Sequence record: DRR378314_843
Direction: 5' to 3' (one strand)
DNA length: 64,000 nt
In this document: positions 59,566 to 64,000 of the stretch, one piece after another
Layout: every line of letters begins with the position of its first letter
How positions within the stretch are numbered: position 1 is the first letter of the stretch
Position numbers and translations under genes: made by a program
Notes under the pieces: model-generated
The model's database searches: none
What the model was told of the DNA's origin: nothing
Seen by the model: the letters and a program-made list of their open reading frames with translations, nothing else

Positions 59566-60203
59566 GCGTCAGGTGTTTCAGATTGGCGCATGTGTTTCAG
59601 CGTGTACGGGACATTGGCCACAGCAAACAGGACACCGATAACAATGTTTCCAAGCTTCCAGTTTGCCCAAGTCGCCTCGGAGAAGTTCCGCCACAGGAAC
59701 TCATTCCAGATTGCCATAGCCACGAAATAGAGACCCCAACGGATCGCCAGCGTTTTCCAGGCGTGGTCAGGCAGATCAAATACGGAATGAAAAAGCATCT
59801 TCCAGATGTTCCGGCCAACGGCCAGACCACCAAAAATCACGCCCGCATAAAGCAGGTTGATGATCGTCGGCTTGATGAACAGGAAGAGTTTTGACTGAAG
59901 CAATATTCCTGCTGTTCCAAACGAACCAATCAGGAATGACGAGACGAGCAAGAAAGGAGGAATACGTTCCTTCTTGAGCAACTTCTGGCCGATCACCACA
60001 AAGGTCGCAATGATCAGAACACCCGTCGCCCAGTACAGCGCAGTATCTTTGGTAAACAAACCATCGCCTTCCGGAAACCTTAGCATCACATTGTAAATGA
60101 TGATGAAGGCCAACGTCGGACCAATCTCTGTCCAAATGCTTCCTGCTTTGGCGGCGGCCTCGCCGACATCGGCAGATTGCGTGGCTTTGTTTGGCTCTGT
60201 CAT
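59562..60203 (-). CDS. yciB: inner membrane-spanning protein YciB
   Basis: FIKPTIIN, W..LAIRWG, WANWKL; near ftsY. Confidence 0.82.
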   Translation of the reverse strand: MTEPNKATQSADVGEAAAKAGSIWTEIGPTLAFIIIYNVMLRFPEGDGLFTKDTALYWATGVLIIATFVVIGQKLLKKERIPPFLLVSSFLIGSFGTAGILLQSKLFLFIKPTIINLLYAGVIFGGLAVGRNIWKMLFHSVFDLPDHAWKTLAIRWGLYFVAMAIWNEFLWRNFSEATWANWKLGNIVIGVLFAVANVPYTLKHMRQSETPDA

Positions 60204-60310
60204 GCAATTCCTACGTATTACGCTCGGGTCCGGATCAATTTGGATTTCCGCGCCTGTCTGACAATAGGTGAGCTAACAAATCACCAACGAAGCGAAATTG
60301 TCCGCACGGA

Positions 60311-61171
60311 TTAGGCACCAGCTTGCATCAAAAGAAGGCCGCCTGACAGAATGGCCGCCGCGATGATCCGTCTGTATCCGAATCCTTCCTTCAAGAATAT
60401 GGCGCCCAATGCAGCAGCAAAGACGACTGACGTTTCTCGCAACGCCGTTACGACAGCGGCATCAGTCAGTGTGTATGCATAAATCGCCAGACCATATGAG
60501 ATAGTACCCAGCATACCGCCAGCTATGCCACCCTTCCATTGCCTGGCCATCGCCTCTCCGATTTGCCCCCGTCGTTGAATAACCGCAACGACAGTCACTC
60601 CGACCCAGTCGAGCAGAAACAACCAGACCACAAAAGTCATTGGATCCGGCATGGCACGCGCGGCGCGCGTATCCGCAACGGCGTACATGCCTACGCCCAA
60701 AGCCGTCAGCAGGGCCCACACGAGTGCGCTTCGGTCCAGCTTCCGGGCTGTGGCTGTCTGCCCTGTTGGCAGGGCAAAGACAATGATCGCCAAACTGGCC
60801 AACAACAGACCTGCTGACTGAAGCGCGGTCAGATATTCATTCAGAACAAAGATCGCAGCACACGCCGTTACCAAAGGCGCGAGGCCCCGCATCACAGGAA
60901 AAACAAGCGACAGATCCCCTCGGTGCAATGCCCGAACAAGGCAGAACTGATAGAACCAGTGAACCACGACCGATATCAGGATCAAAGACCATGTCTCCGG
61001 GGGTGGCGTCGGCACGAATGGCGCAAACGGCAGGACGCTTAGCCCCATCACGATGGCAACCGCCATGCGGGCGGTCAGTACGTCACCGCCCCGCTTTACG
61101 AACATGTTCGTGGCCGCGACCGTGACTGCTGACAGTAAGCACAGGATGACTGGGAGGAGGCTTTCCGACAT
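60311..61171 (-). CDS. EamA/DMT transporter
   Basis: GDLSLVFPVMRG, ALRETSVVFA; about 10 TM; ATG at 61171. Confidence 0.88.
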   Translation of the reverse strand: MSESLLPVILCLLSAVTVAATNMFVKRGGDVLTARMAVAIVMGLSVLPFAPFVPTPPPETWSLILISVVVHWFYQFCLVRALHRGDLSLVFPVMRGLAPLVTACAAIFVLNEYLTALQSAGLLLASLAIIVFALPTGQTATARKLDRSALVWALLTALGVGMYAVADTRAARAMPDPMTFVVWLFLLDWVGVTVVAVIQRRGQIGEAMARQWKGGIAGGMLGTISYGLAIYAYTLTDAAVVTALRETSVVFAAALGAIFLKEGFGYRRIIAAAILSGGLLLMQAGA

Positions 61172-61277
61172 ACGGCGCGACCTATGCACGGTTTGCTGAC
61201 GCGTGGGAAGGATTTGACTCTGCCTCAATTGAGGGCCTCACTCGCCTCAAAGAAGAAAAAGACGGAGGAAACCCAGC

Positions 61278-63014
61278 ATGACGCACGATCTCGTTTTGCG
61301 CGGCGGCACGATCATTGACGGAACAGGCGGCGAAAGTTTCGAAGGCGATGTGGCCATCACGAACGGCGTCATCACTGAAGTTGGATCTGTCAGCGGCAAG
61401 GGCGTAGAGGAAATAGACGCGCGCGGAGAAGTTGTAGCGCCGGGCTTTGTCGACATTCACACCCATTATGATGGCCAGGCAACGTGGACAGGCGCCATCA
61501 GCCCCTCCTCCCTGCACGGCGTGACGACAGTGGTGATGGGAAATTGCGGCGTAGGCTTTGCGCCATGCCGACCCGACGACCATGACCGGCTGATCCGCTT
61601 GATGGAGGGCGTTGAGGATATTCCGTTTCCGGTACTCGCCGAGGGACTCCCCTGGAACTGGAAAAGCTTTCCGGATTATCTCGACAGCCTCTCAAGCACT
61701 CATTTTGACGCCGATATCTGCGCGCAGCTGCCTCACGCGGCGCTAAGGGTTTTTGTGATGGGAGACCGCGGCGCAAATCGCGAGCCTGCGACGCCGGAGG
61801 ATATTCGGCAAATGCGCGCGTTGACCACCGAGGCCATCCATGCCGGCGCAATTGGTTTTTCCACGTCCCGCACCCTGAATCACCGCACCAGTGACGGTCA
61901 GCCGACCCCGACTCTGACAGCCAGCGAAGAGGAACTGGCCGGCATCGCGCAAGGCGTGGCAGACGCCGGACGCGGCGTGTTGCAGTTCGTCTCTGATTTC
62001 GACGATCCAGAGAAAGAAGCTGCAATGTTGCGTCGAATTGTGGAGACCAGCGGCCGACCGCTTTCCGTATCACTTGCTCAGGCAGATGTTGCTCCCAATG
62101 GCTGGCGTCGCCTACTCAGCGCTATTGAACAAGCGGTCGAAGATGGCTTACCCATGCGCGCCCAGGTCGCGCCACGTCCGGTAGGCGTTCTGCTTGGATT
62201 TGAACTGACGCTAAACCCCTTCAGCGCACACCCTACCTATCGAGAGATATCAAATCTGCCGTTCGAAGATCGGATTGCGCTATTGCGCGATCCCGCCTTC
62301 CGAAAACGCCTTCTATCTGATGAGCCGGACACGGATAATCCGTTTTTGAAGGTAATGCTTCGAAGCTTCGGAAAGATTTTTCAACTGGACGCGCCGGTGA
62401 ACTATGAACCAACAGCCGATCGAACGCTGGAAGCCATCGCCGCGCGCCGAGGCGTTTCCCCAGAAAAAGTGGCGCTGGATCTTATGCTGGAACGCGAAGG
62501 CCGTGGTATGCTCTACCTTCCCTTCCTCAATTATGCGGGCGGGTCTCTTGACCCTTCCCACGACATGATGCTGAGCTCGGCAACGCTCCCCGGCCTTTCA
62601 GATGGTGGCGCGCATGTCGGCATGATCTGCGATGGGTCCTTCACCACAACGATGTTAACCCATTGGGTTCGCGACCGGACGCGCGGCCCTCGCATTCCGA
62701 TCGAGCACATTGTGCAGCGTCAGGCACGCGCCACTGCCGAGTGGATTGGACTGAACGACCGCGGTCTGATTGCACCGGGCTATCGCGCAGACCTCAATGT
62801 CATCGACACCGCAAACCTGACATTACATCTGCCGGAAGTTACTTATGACTTGCCTGCTGGCGGACGTCGACTGATGCAGAGAGCCACGGGCTACACGGCT
62901 ACAATCCTCAAAGGCCAGATCACTCACCGGAATGGAGACCCAACCGGCGCCCGGCCTGGAAGACTCGTTCGGGGTCCACAACAAGCGAACATTTCTGCGA
63001 TGGCAGCGGAATAG
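61278..63014 (+). CDS. N-acyl-D-amino-acid deacylase family amidohydrolase
   Basis: [35 protein letters not shown]. Confidence 0.9.
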   Translation: MTHDLVLRGGTIIDGTGGESFEGDVAITNGVITEVGSVSGKGVEEIDARGEVVAPGFVDIHTHYDGQATWTGAISPSSLHGVTTVVMGNCGVGFAPCRPDDHDRLIRLMEGVEDIPFPVLAEGLPWNWKSFPDYLDSLSSTHFDADICAQLPHAALRVFVMGDRGANREPATPEDIRQMRALTTEAIHAGAIGFSTSRTLNHRTSDGQPTPTLTASEEELAGIAQGVADAGRGVLQFVSDFDDPEKEAAMLRRIVETSGRPLSVSLAQADVAPNGWRRLLSAIEQAVEDGLPMRAQVAPRPVGVLLGFELTLNPFSAHPTYREISNLPFEDRIALLRDPAFRKRLLSDEPDTDNPFLKVMLRSFGKIFQLDAPVNYEPTADRTLEAIAARRGVSPEKVALDLMLEREGRGMLYLPFLNYAGGSLDPSHDMMLSSATLPGLSDGGAHVGMICDGSFTTTMLTHWVRDRTRGPRIPIEHIVQRQARATAEWIGLNDRGLIAPGYRADLNVIDTANLTLHLPEVTYDLPAGGRRLMQRATGYTATILKGQITHRNGDPTGARPGRLVRGPQQANISAMAAE

Positions 63015-64000
63015 CTAGCTCTGCAGGCCAACCAAGGCTTTAGAGAAAGCCTCTGCACTGAATGGGCGAAGATCTTCCGCTTTTTCTCCAATCCCGATGA
63101 AATGGATCGGCAGATCGTATGCTTCCGCGATAGCAACGAGCACACCGCCCTTGGCGGTTCCGTCCAGCTTGGTCATCACCAGCCCGGTCACGCCCGCAGT
63201 GTTCTTGAAAGCCTCTACCTGCGACAAGGCATTCTGACCGACCGTGGCATCCAGAACGAGGATGACATCATGAGGCGCCGTTGGATCAAGCTTTCTGATG
63301 ACGCGGACGACTTTCTCTAGCTCCGACATCAGTTCTGTCTTGTTTTGCAGGCGTCCAGCCGTATCAACCAATACGAGATCGAGATCGTCGGCCTTCGCCT
63401 TTTCAATTGCCTCGTAGACAAGCCCTGCCGCGTCGGCTCCTGTCGGTTTAGACATTACGGGTATACCGGCGCGTTCACCCCATACGGTCAGTTGCTCAAT
63501 GGCCGCAGCACGGAATGTATCACCCGCCACAAGAAGCGCCTTGGCACCCTGTTCTGTCAGTTTTGATGCGATCTTGCCGATGGTCGTCGTTTTGCCAGAC
63601 CCGTTGACCCCAACAAACAGAACAATGCGAGGGCTCGGCCCTTCCGAGAAATCGACGATTTTCTCACGAGGCTTCAAAACGTCAGTAATTTCGCTGGCCA
63701 AAGCGCCCCGGATTTCATCCTCGGAGATTTCCTTGTCAAACCTCTCCTTAGACAGATTACTGGTCACGCGCATAGCGACCTTGGCGCCGAGGTCGGATGA
63801 GATCAAAAGATCTTCCAACTCCTCCAGCGTTTCATCATCAAGCTTTCGGCGTCCAAATACGGACAGTCCAGATGTCAGGCGCGACGATGACCTCGAGAGC
63901 CCTGAGCCCAACTTGGCCATGAAGCCAGGATCATTGGCCTCCGCCTCCATCGCGGCGCGCGCGGCCGCTTCGCGCTCCGCCCGGAGCCGCGCCGCCTCTC
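63015..64000 (-). CDS. ftsY: signal recognition particle receptor FtsY (5' end probably beyond the window)
   Basis: GVNGSGKTTT, DTFRAAA, DTAGRLQ, TKLDGTAKGG; frame stays open to the window edge (EAARLRAEREAAARAA). Confidence 0.96.
   Translation of the reverse strand, partial: EAARLRAEREAAARAAMEAEANDPGFMAKLGSGLSRSSSRLTSGLSVFGRRKLDDETLEELEDLLISSDLGAKVAMRVTSNLSKERFDKEISEDEIRGALASEITDVLKPREKIVDFSEGPSPRIVLFVGVNGSGKTTTIGKIASKLTEQGAKALLVAGDTFRAAAIEQLTVWGERAGIPVMSKPTGADAAGLVYEAIEKAKADDLDLVLVDTAGRLQNKTELMSELEKVVRVIRKLDPTAPHDVILVLDATVGQNALSQVEAFKNTAGVTGLVMTKLDGTAKGGVLVAIAEAYDLPIHFIGIGEKAEDLRPFSAEAFSKALVGLQS

Overview
This 64 kb window is alphaproteobacterial chromosome. Gene content and order (rimP-nusA-infB, lnt-corC-ybeY-phoH-miaB, cobST, mcd, acnA-ccmABCDG, ftsY) are consistent with Caulobacterales/Hyphomonadaceae, which is an inference. 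Most of it is housekeeping and metabolic genes. I found no rRNA, tRNA, CRISPR array, integrase or IS. The standout is a compact minus-strand cassette directly downstream of truB (1320-5003) that looks like an uncharacterised RiPP-type system. It starts with a 45-aa cationic/aromatic peptide ORF absent from the ORF track (4866-5003, MNLKTEMLLGFSNRRDEKNDTMVGCKGGGRRNKKRGGKKFFFKFW), followed by a UUCG hairpin. Next come a stand-alone alphaKG-HExxH-type enzyme (true start probably 4783), a tightly coupled Wzx/MOP-type flippase and an ATP-grasp-like protein. Secondary observations include a rimP leader attenuator, candidate Pho, PhaR, Ada-type and CtrA boxes, a MarR regulator with a histone-H1-like tail, a degenerate SDR, coupled AHL-lactonase-like and GH16 lipoproteins, and an unlisted ccmD. 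All calls come from motif recognition by eye. No searches were run.
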